A DNA stretch of 64,000 bases from Hemiscyllium ocellatum (Eukaryota): the NCBI RefSeq assembly GCF_020745735.1, contig NC_083417.1, positions 63,302,001 through 63,366,000 on the forward strand, written 5' to 3'. Both the position numbers and the translations under genes were made by a program. How positions within the stretch are numbered: position 1 is the stretch's first letter; every line of letters begins with the position of its first letter. The notes under the pieces were generated by a model that saw only the letters and a program-made list of their open reading frames with translations, had not been told where the DNA came from and did no database searches. Positions 50,791 to 63,985 of this stretch are shown here, piece after piece.

Positions 50791-50839
50791 CCGTTCAGTT
50801 CTCCACAGTTTAGTGTAGGACCAAATGACATTGAAGTTA

Positions 50840-50965
50840 TTACAGTACGTGATAAAGCTTTACGTGATCATAGACAATACCCTGTTTTGCTTGCCTGGGT
50901 TTCTTATTTTTGCTGTTGCTGGATTCGACAGCGCAGGCATAAAACAGGTTGATCTCAGATTGGCA
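50840..50965 (-). pseudogene. Orphan paralog of the terminal exon (EINLFYACAVESSNSKNKKPRQAKQGIVYDHVKLYHVL*); upstream exons deleted
   Basis: DNA homology to 15174-15300; the AG acceptor reads TG here (ttttactg); no V, C1 or TM exon found in copy 2. Confidence 0.6.
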
Positions 50966-51449
50966 GTAAAATCGATACTTACCACTTTCACCAGGTGAAT
51001 TTCTTTTGTTATTGTTCAGGACCATTATTATTGCTGCTACTTCAGAAAAGGAAACTTTGATAATTTAGATTGTATTCCAGCCTAAAACTGATGTTAAAAG
51101 TCTATGCTTGTTTGATATTTGCCTTGATTTCTGTTTCCGATGAAATCGTCAGGAGAGATGTCAATTCCCAAACGCTGCCTTTATTTTGACTATTTTTACC
51201 ATGGCATAAGGATGCTTGTGACAATTTCATGTTTTGCTGCCCATTGCTAATTAGCTTGAACTGATTGTCTTTCCAGGCCATTTCAAAGACTCGTTAAATA
51301 TCAAACCTATGACTGAGAGTTAGGTCGGATAGGGAAGTAAGAAACGTCAACTTCTGCAGCTCCTGATGCTGCGTGGCTTGCTGTATTCTTCCAGCCTGCT
51401 GCCTATCTATTTAGTAAAAACAACCGTAGATTTCCTTCCCGAAATGACA

Positions 51450-52830
51450 TTATCAACATGCAAGCAAGGAATAAGAGTAAGCCACTCGGCCTTTCAAGCC
51501 TGCGCCAACATTCGATGAGGTCATTGGCTGATCTGGCCGTATAATCAGCTCTACACTCCTGCATAACCCCGATCATCTTTCATCCGCTTGGTAGTTGAGA
51601 ATTGACTACCCCTGCCTTAAAAATATTTAATGCTTGTGCATCTACTGCCTTTTTAAGAAGCAAATTCCAAAGACTCATAATCCTATGACAGAAACAAAAA
51701 TACTCACCTCTGTTTTAAATCGGCGATTCCTTATTTTCAAACTATGACCTCTAGTTTTAGATTATAGCACAAAGAGAAAGAATCTTTCAACATCTAACTG
51801 GTCAAATCTGTTAGGATCTTACATGTTTCAACTGAGTCACCCCGACTCTTGTAAACTCTAAAGGATACCTATCCTATAGACTATCAAGATGAAGAGAGAA
51901 ACGAAAAATTAGGTGAAGCAAAAGAATAATGGGGAACCAGAAAATCGTGGAGGAGTTGAATGAATATTTTGCATCAGTCTTCACGGTAGAAGACATTAAT
52001 AGCATTCCAAATTACAAAATATTCAAGGGGAAAAGGAGGAGATGAAAGAAGTATAATTAATATCACTGGAGAAAAAAAATGTCAGGGCAACTAATGGGAC
52101 TGAAGCCAAATAGATGGAAATATAAAGGAGAAGCCGTGCATGTAATATATGTGGAATTTCAGAAAGCATTTTCCAAGGTATCACACACTAGATTACTTCA
52201 TCAGATAAAAACCCATGGTGTTGGGATAGTACCTGAACATGGATAGAGGATTGTCTAAGTAATAGAAGACTGAGAGTTGGGATGGAGGGAGGCATTTTCA
52301 GAACAGAAACCTGGAACTCGTGGAATACCACAGTGATTAGTACTAGGGCCACAACCTTTCCAAATATATATACATAATTAAAGACTTGTATGCAGAAAAT
52401 AAATGCACAATGGCCAGATTTGTGGATAACGTTTAGGTTGGTGGGATACTGAGTGGCGTGGATGACACAAAAAGTTTGGAGTGGGACATAGCCAGGTTGT
52501 GTGAATGCACCAAAATTTGGCAGATGGAGAATAATGTCGGAGAATGCGATGTGATGGATTTTGGCAGGAATAATAGACGAGCTGAATATTATTTATGCAC
52601 AGAAAGACTGCAGAAAGCTGCGGAGTGGAGGGACTTGGGAGTCTTCATGCATGAATCATAAAAGGTTAGCACAAAATTTAAGCAGATAACAGAAAAGGCA
52701 TATGTCTTCTTGGCCTTCATTTCAAAGAGAGTGGAATATAAAAGTCCGGCTGTTTAGCCCATACTACACCGGCACTAATTGGACCACAGTTGAAACACTG
52801 TGACCACGGTTCTTACCCCTATTTCAAATA
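51450..52830. mobile_element. Paralogs of the two head-to-head CR1 fragments at 15505-17730, truncated at the deletion junction
   Basis: Collinear homology up to cttacccctatttc (~52820). Confidence 0.75.
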
Positions 52831-53019
52831 AGATAAAAGAGACGGTTATTTACTGTTAACGAGGGCAGTATTTGGAATGGTTGCCAGGTTGGAACAAAAC
52901 TATTAAACGCGGGACAAACACATGAGATGTCATGTGACTAATGCGGCGTATTGTATGTGGTTGTATTTCCCTGTGTGATTGTGTTAGTCAGACGTCCCCT
53001 CTGGGGACGTCCCACAATG

Positions 53020-53185
53020 CAAAAATGTGCAAATTAGGTGAATTGGAAATGGTAAATTGCCCGTAGTGTAAGGTGAAGGGGTAAATATAGGGGAATGGGT
53101 GAGGGTGGATTGCGCTTCGGTGGGTCGGTGTCGAGTTGTTGGGCCGAAGGGCCTGTTTCCACACTGTAAGCAATCTATGGTTCCC
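53020..53185 (+). mobile_element. 5'-truncated HE1-type SINE
   Basis: gggccgaagggcctgtttccacactgtaag tail; absent in copy 1. Confidence 0.75.
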
Positions 53186-53269
53186 TGCTGAAACGTCTCC
53201 ATTTGAATATGAATGTAGAACATTCACAGTGCAGGTTCTCGATGTTGTGCTGGTCTTTTACTCTCCTCT

Positions 53270-56200
53270 AAGATCAGACTAGCCTACATACCCTTCATTG
53301 TACTATCTCCTGTGTGCCTAGCCAAGAGTCACTTAAATGTCCCTAATGTATCTGACTCAACTACGACTGCGGGCAGTGCTTTCCATGCACTCTCTGACAT
53401 CTCCCCAAACCTTCCTTCAATTCCCTTTAAATTATGCCATCGGGAAACAAGTCTCTGACTATCCACTCTAACTATGCCTCTCAATATCTTGTACACCTCT
53501 ATCAAGTCCCCTCTCATTCTTTTTCACTCCAATGAGAAAAGTTTGAACTCCCTCAAACTTTCTTCATAAGACACGCCATCCAATCCAAGCAGCATCTTGA
53601 TAATTCTCCTATGTACCCACTCTGAAGCTTCCACCACTTTCCTATAATGAGCCACCAGAACTGAACACAAAATTCCAAGTGTGGTCTAACCAGGGCTCTA
53701 TAGAGCTACTCTTAAACTCAAGCAGCCGTTCATCAAAGCCAACACATTATACATTCTTCTTAACAACCATATCAATTTTGATGGCAACTTGGAGGGATCG
53801 AATAACATGGACTTCAAGGTCCCTCTCTTCCTTCACACTGTCAAGAATCATTTAACCCTGTCTTCTGCATTCAAATTCGACTTCCCCAAGTGAATTATTT
53901 CACACTTTACCAGAGAGAAGTTCATCAACCACTTATCAGCCCAGTCTGTATCTTGTCAATATCCAATTGCAGCCTCCAACAGCCCTCCATACTATCCACA
54001 ACTCCAGCAACCTTTGTGTCATCGGCCAATTTACAAAACAACTCTTCCACTTTCTTGTCCACATCATTTATAAACATCACGAAGACCAGATATCCTAGAA
54101 CCAATCACTGAAGAACACCACTGATCACTGAGCTCCATGTTGAATACTTTCCATCTACTACCAGTCTCTGTCTTCTATTGGCCAGCCAATTCTGCATCCA
54201 GACAGCCAAATCTCCACGTATGCCATGCCTCCTTACTTTCTGAATGAATCTACAATGGAAAACCTGACCAAATACCTTGCTAAAATCCATGTAAACCACA
54301 TCCTTTACTCTTCCTTCATCAACGTGTTTTGTCACTTCCTGAAAGAATTCAATAATGTTTGTGAGGCACGATATGTCCTTTCACAAAACATGCTGACTAT
54401 CTCTAATCAAACTGTGGTTTTCCAAGTATTCATAAATGCCATCTCTCAGAATCCTCTCCAATACGTTGCCCACCGCTGATATGACTGACTGGTCAGTATT
54501 CCTCAGGAATGTCGTATTCTCTTTATTGAAGAAGGGAATAATATTTGCCACCGTCCAATGATTTGGCAGTACTCCAGTGGAGACTGAGGACGCAAAGATC
54601 CTCGCCAAATGTGCAGCAATCTCTTTGCTTGCTTCTTGTAGTAACCTAAGGTATATCCCATCTGCCCCCGGTGATTTATCTATCAATATGTTTTTTAAAA
54701 TATTCATTTGGCCTCCTTCCTAACACAAATCTATTCCAGCATAACAGTCTGTTTCACACCATCCTCAGAAACGTCAAGGTTCGTTTCAGTCGTGAACACT
54801 GAAACAAAGTATTCATTAAGGACCTCCCCTACTTCCTCTGACTCCATATAAAAGTTCCCTTCACTATCTTGATCGGCTCTACACTCATTCTGGCCATCTT
54901 CTTGTCCCTCACATAAGTGTGGAACGCCTTAGGATTTTCCTTACTCTTATCCACTAATGCTTTTTCAAGCCCCTTTCTGGCTCTCCTAAGTCCATTCTTT
55001 AATTCCTTTCTGGCTAAGTTGTAAACCTCTAAAGTCCTGTCGGATCGTTGCCTGCTCAACCGTAAGCAAGCTTCCTTCTTCTTCTTGACCAGCTGTTCCA
55101 CATCCCTTGTCACCCAGGGTTCTTTAATGTTACCATCCCTTCCTTGTCTCAGTGGGGCAAACCTGTCCACCACTATCAGCAGTTGTTTCATGACCAACCT
55201 TCAGATTCCTGTTGTGCATTTCCCTGAGAACATCTTTTCCCAGTTTAGGCCGCTTGGTTCCTGCCTAATTGCATTGTGATCCCCCTTCCACCAATTAAAT
55301 ACTTTCCCATACCGTCTACTGCTTGCCCTCTCCATGAGTACAGTAAAGATCAGGGAGTTGTGATTACTATCACTGAAATGTTCTTGCACCCAGAGAGCTG
55401 ACACCTGGCATGGTTCAGTTCCAAGCACCAAATCAAAAATGGCTTCCACTCTTGTTGACCCATCTACATATTACATCAGGAAACCTGCCTGTATGCACCT
55501 GACAAAAACTGCTCCATCCAAAGTATTTGAACAAAGTAGGTTCCAAACCATATTAGGGAAGTTAAAGCCACTCATGAAAACAACCCTTCTATTTCTGCAC
55601 TTTTCCAAAATCTACTTCCCAATCTGTTCCGCCATTTCACTGTGGCTATTGGGGGGCCTGTAGAAATCTCCCAATACATTGACTGCTCCTTTCCTGTTTC
55701 TGACTGCCACCCATAATGATTCTGCAGACTAACCCTCCTCGATGATGTCACTTTCTGCAGCTGTGATTATATTCCCCACTTCTTTTGTCTCCCCCAATTT
55801 CTTTTGAAATATCTAAGCCTTGGTACATCCAACAGCTATTTATTCTCCAGTTTCATCCAAGTTTTCATAATGGCACATTATATTTACAAGTACTGATCCA
55901 TGCTCTGCATTCATCACCTTTATTCCTGATATTTGTTATATTAAAATAGTCTCACTGCAAACCATCAGACTGACCTGCACCTTGGCACTATCACATACTG
56001 CCTGCATGCTGTATCTGACTCTTTACTACTTACTCCATCATTGATCTGTAGCTCCGGTTACCAAACCCCTGCCAATCTCGTTCAAAACCTCCTGAAGAGC
56101 TCTAACAAGACTCCCTCCCAGATATTGGTGCTTCTCTAGTTCAGATGCAACCCGTCCTTCTTGTACAGGTCCCACCTTTCCCAAAAGGTATCCCAAATGA

Positions 56201-56450
56201 TCCACAAATCTGAAGCCCTCCCTCCTGCACCAGAATGGCAGCGATGTGTTCATCTGAATTCGCTCTCTATTCTTAGCTCCACTAGCACCTGGAACCAGTA
56301 GCATTCCTGAGATTACTACGGTGCTTGTCCTGACTTCTAGCTTCCAATCTAAATGTGTGCATTCTATTTTAGGCTGTCTTCCCTTTCCCTACCTCTGTCA
56401 TTGGTGCCAATGTGTACCATGACTTCTGGCTGCTCTCCATCGTTAATAAC
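53270..56450 (-). mobile_element. Degenerate CR1-type LINE (RT, APE, esterase ORF1 remnant)
   Basis: ORFs 53329-56304 (YMDFSKVF, KSPGADG, SDSNHN, REGFRFVDH); absent in copy 1. Confidence 0.88.
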
Positions 56451-58889
56451 CTTCAAATGGTTTTGTTTTATTTTGTTTTCAGTCACTACAGGGACACTAC
56501 TCTCCAAAGACGCCCTTTGTCAACAATTACCTTTTATCGTAAACTTAATGCGGAAAATATCTCTTCAGTACTCCAGTTCCTTTATCAAAACAATTCCTCT
56601 TCACATAAGCAACGTATTTATCGGCAGCTCAGAATTGCATGCCACTGTCATCGTTAATAACTTTCAAACATCAGAATATCCAGCAGCAAATAGGGGACTG
56701 ACAATTAAATCCATTTAAATTTCTCTGTCTCAGACTTGATGAGGACAATTTGAGACTTATTTTAACGGAGATATTCCAAATCGTGTTCTGTTGGCGCTAC
56801 TAGTCCACACAATACACAAGAAATGATCACAATGTTGTTTTTGGTGATACCTGGATATGGAACAGCGAGGAAAAAGAAACTTGGGCAATGCTATTGAATT
56901 GATTGAAAGGAGAAAGGAAAGTTTTGTGAAAGGAAGATCAGGTTTTATCGACTTTCAGTTTGTTGCAGGTGGCGGTTTGCTGAATGGAATTATTTGACCT
57001 GGATGAGTAGTTGAAACGCATTCAGGAATCTATCGTCAGTGGAGTTGCATGGACATTTGGTCGTCAGCTGGAAGGGCTGGGCTGGAATTCATTACTACTG
57101 TAAAATTCAAAACCCTCTTAGTGTTTTAACAACCTGTTCAGTGATCGAATCTTCTGACAGAAAGTAGTTTATCTTAAGTATTTTAAGAAATCAAAACGTT
57201 TATAGTAGCTTATACCTTCAAAACTTTTCATCATCTTGAACATCGCTAATCTACTCGATGAAGGAGAATAATTCCACTTGTTGTACATCACTGACGTTTC
57301 TCAGCCCTAACAACATTCCAATAAATGTCTTGGCATCTTTCAGGGTTGGGCATAATACTCCAGGCTGAGGCTAGTTCATGTTTAGTATAACTCACTTGCC
57401 TAATGTTTTATGTCCCAATTGTCCTCTCACCTTGAAAATATTGTGAACACATCACAGACCTTTACTTTCAATTAAATGACTCTTCTCTTGGCAATCACTA
57501 AAATGTGAATCATTCCTTCTGCTTGCTTTGCAAAAACAGCATTGTGGGCATTAGGGGCAAGGCAGGATTGTTGTCCATCCCTAATTATCTTTGAGAGAAG
57601 CCTCATTATTGATGTTTATGTGGATTAGGAAAGCTAGCAGTCTTGTGATTTTCTAATCAACGTATTTAGAGATGTTATAATATATGCCTGGAGCCTGTGT
57701 GATTTGGACTAGGATCTGTTGGCTCAGACGTAGGGACACAATCATCGCACGACAGGAACCACGAAGTAGCAGGTGTTGGCTGGAAATTCATGGCTACCCA
57801 ACATTTTAACTAATTCGGGACAGAGTTCTGGAAATTGTACTGATAATTTGTCCTTTATAAACACTAACCAAAGCTGTGAAGTATTTAATATTGCAATAGA
57901 CAGGTAAAATTCCTCTTGCCTTCAACTTGATCTTTTGCTGTGATGTTCAGTTGGCAATTTGGTTGTTGAATAATTGTTTCCCGTCATTAAAAGCCATTAA
58001 CTGACCGATGTTTACATCTAATCATGACACTGTTATCCGTGTGTGGCGTTGCAGTAAAGATATGTTGAAGAAGTTAAAGACAGGTACCACTGGAGCAGAG
58101 ATGAATCTTTGCACACAGGCGTAAATGAGTGTGCCAAGTGTTAATTGCGCTTCTCGCAATTACATTAAATATACTACACATTAATGCTTTCCAGAGATTT
58201 CAGATTCGACAGTTTTTTTCTATGCTCAATAATGTTTCCTAATGGAAGAACTGTAGACTGAAACGTTTTTAATATCATCATTAGGTTTATTGGTATCATT
58301 GTACGAACGATCAGATCAGCAATTAGCTCATTGAATGGTGGATTAGACTAGATCGGCTGAATGGCCTCGTCTTATATTGTTAATCGAATGGAAACAGCAT
58401 AGAAAGAGTATAATCCGCTCATTAGATGTTGTGGGCTCTCCAGCTACACAGCCAGCTACTCATATGTTTTTATCTCTAGCCTGAAATAATTATAAAATTC
58501 CCATTGGAATATCGCAAATGCAGCTGACTCCAATGCACTCTCAGACAGTGTACTCCAGATCCTAACCAAATGTAAAATGCCACTGTTTGGATACATCACT
58601 CTAGTGTTTCTGTCTGTTAAACTTTATTTGTAATGCCCATGATCCTTTAGGCCTTTCGACCATTGACTCAACGGACAGTGCATCTTTAATGATTTTACGT
58701 ATGTTTACGCCCCTTTTAGAGTTCTGCACTTTCTTTACATTTTCATTGTATTGTTATTTTTCAAGCCAAAATACATTGCTTGACATTTATCTACGTAAGA
58801 CGAAACAGTATCGATTGATATTGTCACTGCATTTTTAACCCAGAGAACTGGATTAATATCAAATATAGAAAATTCCAAATATGACCTTT

Positions 58890-60800
58890 GCGGAGCCATT
58901 TAGACAGCCAAGGACCAATACCGATCCAAACTAGAGACCAAGACAGGCATCTGGCGACTATGGCAAGGACTGAATGACATCACAGGTTCTAAAAAGAGAC
59001 AGTGCAAGATAGCAGACGATGACATATTCGTGCCAGGTCGTCTCAACGCCTTCTATGCTCGCTTTCAACAGAATTTTGGCGGAGAGGTAACACCTATTCC
59101 GACAGGTCCTGACGAACCTATCCCAACAGTCACTGCATCAGAGGTCAGATCAGTTTGCCTTCATGTTAATCCAAGGAAAGCGATGGGACCAGACGGAGTA
59201 TCACGCCGTGCACTCAGAGCATGCATAGATCAACTGGCAGAGGTCTTCTCGGACATCTTCATCGCCCCTCCCCCAAGTCCCTCCTCCCTACATTTTATCT
59301 TCGCCTGCTTGGCACACTCTCCTCATTCCTGATGAAGGGCTTATGCCGGAAACGTCGAATTTCCTATTTCTTGGATGCTGCCTAACCTGCTGTGCTTTAA
59401 CCAGCAACACATTTTCAGCTGTGATCTCCAGCATCTGCAGACCTAATTTTTTACCCGAACATCTTCAACCTCTGCTTGTGTCAAGAGGGCCAACACCATC
59501 TCTGTGCCTAAGAAGGCTCAGGCAGCATATCTCAGTGACTATCGTCCAGTGGCACTAACTTCGGTGGTCGTGAAGTGCTTTGAAAGGCTGGTCATGTCAT
59601 TAACCAACTCCGGCCTCCCCACTACCCGTGATCCACTCCAATTGACGAACAGATCCACTTCAGATGCCATATCACTGGCCCTTCACTCTCCCTGGAACAG
59701 CTTGACACCAAGAACAGCTGCGTAATAATCCTAATCATTGACTACAGTTCAGCCTTCAACACTATTATCCCCTGAAGACTGATAATGCAGCTTAATGATC
59801 TTGGAAGAAGTCCCACTCTCTGCAACTGGATCCTTACCCAGAGACCACAATCAGTGAAGATTGGGGACAATATTTCATCCTCCCTAACACTCAACACTGG
59901 AGCCTCTCAGTGGTGGTACTCACCCCCCTACTGTATTCACTGTGTACCCATGACTGCATCGCCAAGTACCCGGCTAATACCATTTACAAATTCACTGATG
60001 ACACTACCATAGTCGGTCGAATCGCAGATGGCTACAAAACATACGGGAGGTGGAAGTCCTGGAGAAATGGTGTACTGAGAACAATCTAGCTCTTAATGCC
60101 TGCAAAACCAAGGAACTCATTATTGATCTTCAGCGGGATGTTACTCATGCCCCCTATACATTACAAACACAGAGGTGGAATGAGTTGAGAGTGTCAAGCT
60201 CCTGGCAGTGGTTATCCACAACAAGCTTTCTTCGACTCTTCATTTGGACGCACTGGTTACAAAGGACAAAAACGTCTCTTCTTCCTCAGGCAGCTGTGGA
60301 AATTTGGCATGACGGCGAATACCCTTGCAACATTTTTATAGGTGCGTTATTGAGAGCATCCTGTCTGGATAAATCACCACCTGGTATGGCAACTGTACCA
60401 TTCAAGATCGGAGACTGTTACAGAGAGTGGTGAACTCATCCCGGACAATCACATCTATCAGACCTGTTGTCAAAGAAAGGTTGCCAGCATTCTCAAAGAC
60501 CCATGCCACCCTGGCAAAGTTTTTCGACAACTTATACCATCGAGAAGGTACAGACGTCTGAACACGCACCAGCTGGTTTTGTAACAGTTTCTACGCTACA
60601 GTTGTTAGAATACTGAATGGACTCACAAACTCTTAACACTCGCCTGCACCTGTGTTTTCGTTTTTTCCGCTGTTTACCTATTATTTACTATCTGTGTTGC
60701 TTAACTATGTGATCTGCCTGTATTGCTCGCGAGACAAAACTTTTCACTGTGCTTCAGTACACGTGACAATAGATTCAATTCAATTCAATTCAATTCAATA
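58890..60800 (+). mobile_element. Rex1/Babar-clade LINE, 5'-truncated, (ATTCA)n tail
   Basis: LNAFYARF, NPRKAMGPDGV, DYRPVALTSVVVKCFERLV, CNWIL..RPQSVKIG motifs. Confidence 0.85.
59261..59455. mobile_element. Hairpin/Penelope-terminus element nested in the Rex1 LINE
   Basis: cctgatgaagggcttatgcc.gaaacgtcga motif; flanked by acatcttca direct repeat. Confidence 0.7.
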
Positions 60801-61584
60801 CTTTCACAAAAAGCTTGAACTCTTGAGTGAGAGCGCATTCAATTTAACTTCAATCTGGAATTAAAAACAGGTCAAATGGATCCATGTCCAGTTGTTCTAA
60901 ACACGCATCTGCGTCATCATTCCCTTTTGGAAAGGAAAGTCTCCCACCCTTGCTTGGATTCCAATAATATTGTTGATTCTTAAATACCTTGTATTCGTTT
61001 TTGAAATGGCTTTGCGATTCGCTCTCTTTTATCTCCACTACAAACTCCGACAAAAGGAAATAAATAGATGGACCAACCTGCATCAACCTAGCTACTAAAA
61101 CAACAAGACAATGACAACCTCAGCACTGTGCACCCACTACTATGTCCTCCCTAGAAAGGAAAGCAAAATTTGGAGATCTTGCCCACTTATTAGCCAAGCA
61201 ACGCCCTGAAATACTCAGTCACTTGGAATCATATTTTATGGTGTTCTAGACAGCACCATATCCTATTTCTGTATCAGGCTTGCCTATGCAGAGATGTTGG
61301 CACAATAATATACATTTGGAAGGCAGTCCTCAGGATTGACACTGCACACCATGAAGATTCGTACTATCAGGTCACACGTAGATAAGGAACATTGTGATGA
61401 TTTTGAACTGGCACCCGACACTCCCATCTGCAGTTAAATCAGTTGTTCTCCGTTTTACACGCTATAAAGTGTGTGCACTGAGGCTGGCAGCAGCATAATC
61501 TACACTCTGCTTAAAGGATTTTAATTTCTATCATCAATAGTGGTGTATTATAGCGCCTGCTAACTGAGCAGATGAAATTCAAAA

Positions 61585-61760
61585 GGTAAAGTTGCAATCG
61601 ACTTATCAGGCCACATGGTTGCCTTGTCAGTGCAGATGGATGACTGGTGGTGGTTTAACTTGACAGTCCACGCACCTCAGGTGAGGAGGGAGATTGGGAA
61701 GGCTACTCTTCTATGGTAACCTCAGTTGATGTAGCAATTGAACCCCCATGGTGTTGGCAT
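61585..61760 (-). mobile_element. SINE fragment similar to the element at 30-145
   Basis: aaggtaaagttgc..., ggtggtttaact.ga...cacgcacctcagg motifs in reverse. Confidence 0.4.
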
Positions 61761-62899
61761 GACTACATCGCAAACTAAATAATGTTTGTTGGTTTGTTAT
61801 TGTAAGTGAGGACGGTGTCCTAATCGCTTGGTTGGAAAACTTTATGAAACGTATAACCATGACCTGAGATATCAGATGAAGAGTATTGCGTCCCCAAAGT
61901 CTGGGAAATAGGAGATTCCATGCTCACTGTTGGTTGAGCAGTTTCCATCTGAAAACAATGTGTTTCTGACATAACTGTCATACTGCTTTCTAATAAATTC
62001 TCAACAAGTTTCGAGCCTTATCTCAGTCTGAAAATAACGATTTAGGTCAGAGGCATAGCCATTTCTCTCTTATTGCGCATAAAGTATTCACCTACGTGCA
62101 GGACATTGAAAATATTTAGGTCTGGGAGCAGCAAGTCCACCACGACTTCTAGATCATTAAAAATCACTTGAACAGCACTTAGGATTAATAATCTTGCTAA
62201 TTTCCTTTCCTTCGGTCCAGGGCTATGTTGATAATGTCATTTTTACTCACGTAAGATGTGAAATACCAGACCCCTATTCACATCGTTCACAGTTCCAGCT
62301 ATTAATTTAGCAACCTGAAAAGTAGCAAGTATTATTCACCGCGCTGTTTGTTGGCATTTCCATATGGAAGCGCGAGGAGAAGAGAAATGAAGAGCTCGTT
62401 ATTTTGCTAATAAAATTAAAAGAAAAGGTAATATTGGACGTGTGAAAAAGACAATACTTGCTAGAGGAATTCAAACTGTGGCGACATCTGAAGGATTAAA
62501 GTAGATTTAACGGTTCGATTCCAGCGAATCTTCAACAGAACTCAACAAATTGGAATGGGAGTTTTGTTATTCATAGAATTCAGCTTCTGGTAGTTTCCAA
62601 ATTTTCTGTGAGTTTTATTGGTTTTGTTCCAAACTTGTAAACGAATTTAATTCAGGATTTGGTTATTTACCACCGTCCATTTGAACCATGCACATTTTGA
62701 ATATTGGCAATAAAAGTGCAGCACTGGGTTGTACCGCCGTTCTTTTCAGTAGCCTCTAGATCTTCTGTCAATTGCCTTCAGTCTTTGTTATTTGGCTTCT
62801 GACACTTCTGTAGCTGGGAACAGTTTTCTTTAATTTGCATTTTACACCTGCTGCGAATTCTGAACTCCAGCATCAATTTGGCTTAATTCTTTTCGACTG

Positions 62900-63260
62900 T
62901 GACGAGAAAACCCTTACCTTCTTCAGTCTCTCAACATAGCTGAATCTTTCAGTCTCGTTTTAATTCTGGTAAATGTCTTCGGCGATATTCCGTGTTCGTG
63001 ATACCCTCCCTGAACTATTGTGGCAGATTTGAACATAATACTCCAGCTGAAACATAAGTAGTCTTAACAAATGTTTAGTGCAACTTCCTTGGTTGATCCA
63101 TCGTCTCTCCATTAATAATCTCGAGAATCTACGATGCCTTTTAACCTTTTCCTTTGCCCACCCAACCTCAAAAAATGTACATAGACGACAGAATTTACTT
63201 CTATTGAAATTTCCTACCTTGTTGCAGTGGCAAAATTCCAGTAATTCCATTATTTCATTT
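62900..63260 (-). mobile_element. Old CR1 RT C-terminal fragment
   Basis: cagctggagtattatgttcaa motif (QLEYYVQ). Confidence 0.55.
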
Positions 63261-63736
63261 TTTTCTTCATAGTTTCGTCTTCAGGAATGTTAGTTCGGAT
63301 TGCAGTTCTTTCGGACCATAAATATAGAAGCCCTGATATCTGACCTCATAAACAACGCAGTGCTGCATGTCATAGAATTAAACTACGACCAGGGCTGTAC
63401 TTAGATAACAACATAAATGCATGTTCATGCTTTTTCGAGGTGTCTGATCATGGAATGAATTTGCGATTATTCTTTTCTGAGCAAGTGACTTTGCAGTGAC
63501 AATTGGGTCATGAAGAATTATTATGTATCTCAAATAGCCCCGCCGCATTCCTTAATGACCCCCAGCAAATAGCCAGCAATGCGCCCTAAATACCTATCGA
63601 AGCAGGCGCACGAGATTTAGCCCTGGAACAGAGCTTCTTCATCAAAATGCCGAGCTGTGATGCTGTTTGAGGGTACCCAGCCCCAGCTGCTGCAAAGATT
63701 ATGGTGCTGGGGCCTGGCACCTCCTTATATTAACAG

Positions 63737-63985
63737 GGAAGATATCTGTTCCAAACCGTGGTAGGATACGAGCCAAGCTGTTTCAGCGCACAGACAACAG
63801 TGGCGTATACCCCACAATTTGTAAGGTAGCCTGCTTAAATGCTCGGTTTGCAAACCGTGCAAGCGAAATTAAATCTGGGCAATCAGCGTTCCATCAGCCT
63901 ATGTTTTATCTTCAGCGGAGAGCTGAACGATCTCATCGACATTGCTATCAGGCGAAGCTTGTACAACAATAATCTGCTCCAAAAG
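63737..63985 (+). CDS. Two candidate coding exons (63737-63825, 63916-63985) of an unidentified gene
   Basis: Pyrimidine-rich AG acceptors and phase-matched join giving GRYLFQTVVGYEPSCFSAQTTVAYTPQFVSGELNDLIDIAIRRSLYNNNLLQK; not TE-like. Confidence 0.4.

Larger units (their letters stand above)
31400..58150. repeat. Segmental duplication, copy 2 (gene-deleted, with extra TE insertions)
   Basis: Same orientation and order as copy 1, roughly 70-75% identity by eye. Confidence 0.9.

Noticed and set aside
62338-62407. Minus-strand exon-like segment QNNELFISLLLALPYGNANKQR resembling a leader
   Set aside because: No in-frame ATG and no compatible downstream Ig exon found
142-63972. Most ORFs in the supplied six-frame track
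   Set aside because: They are short, lie in or antisense to LINE, SINE and LTR fragments, or have low-complexity composition. Only 20396, 21007, 23991, 18274 and 50840 overlap candidate host exons.
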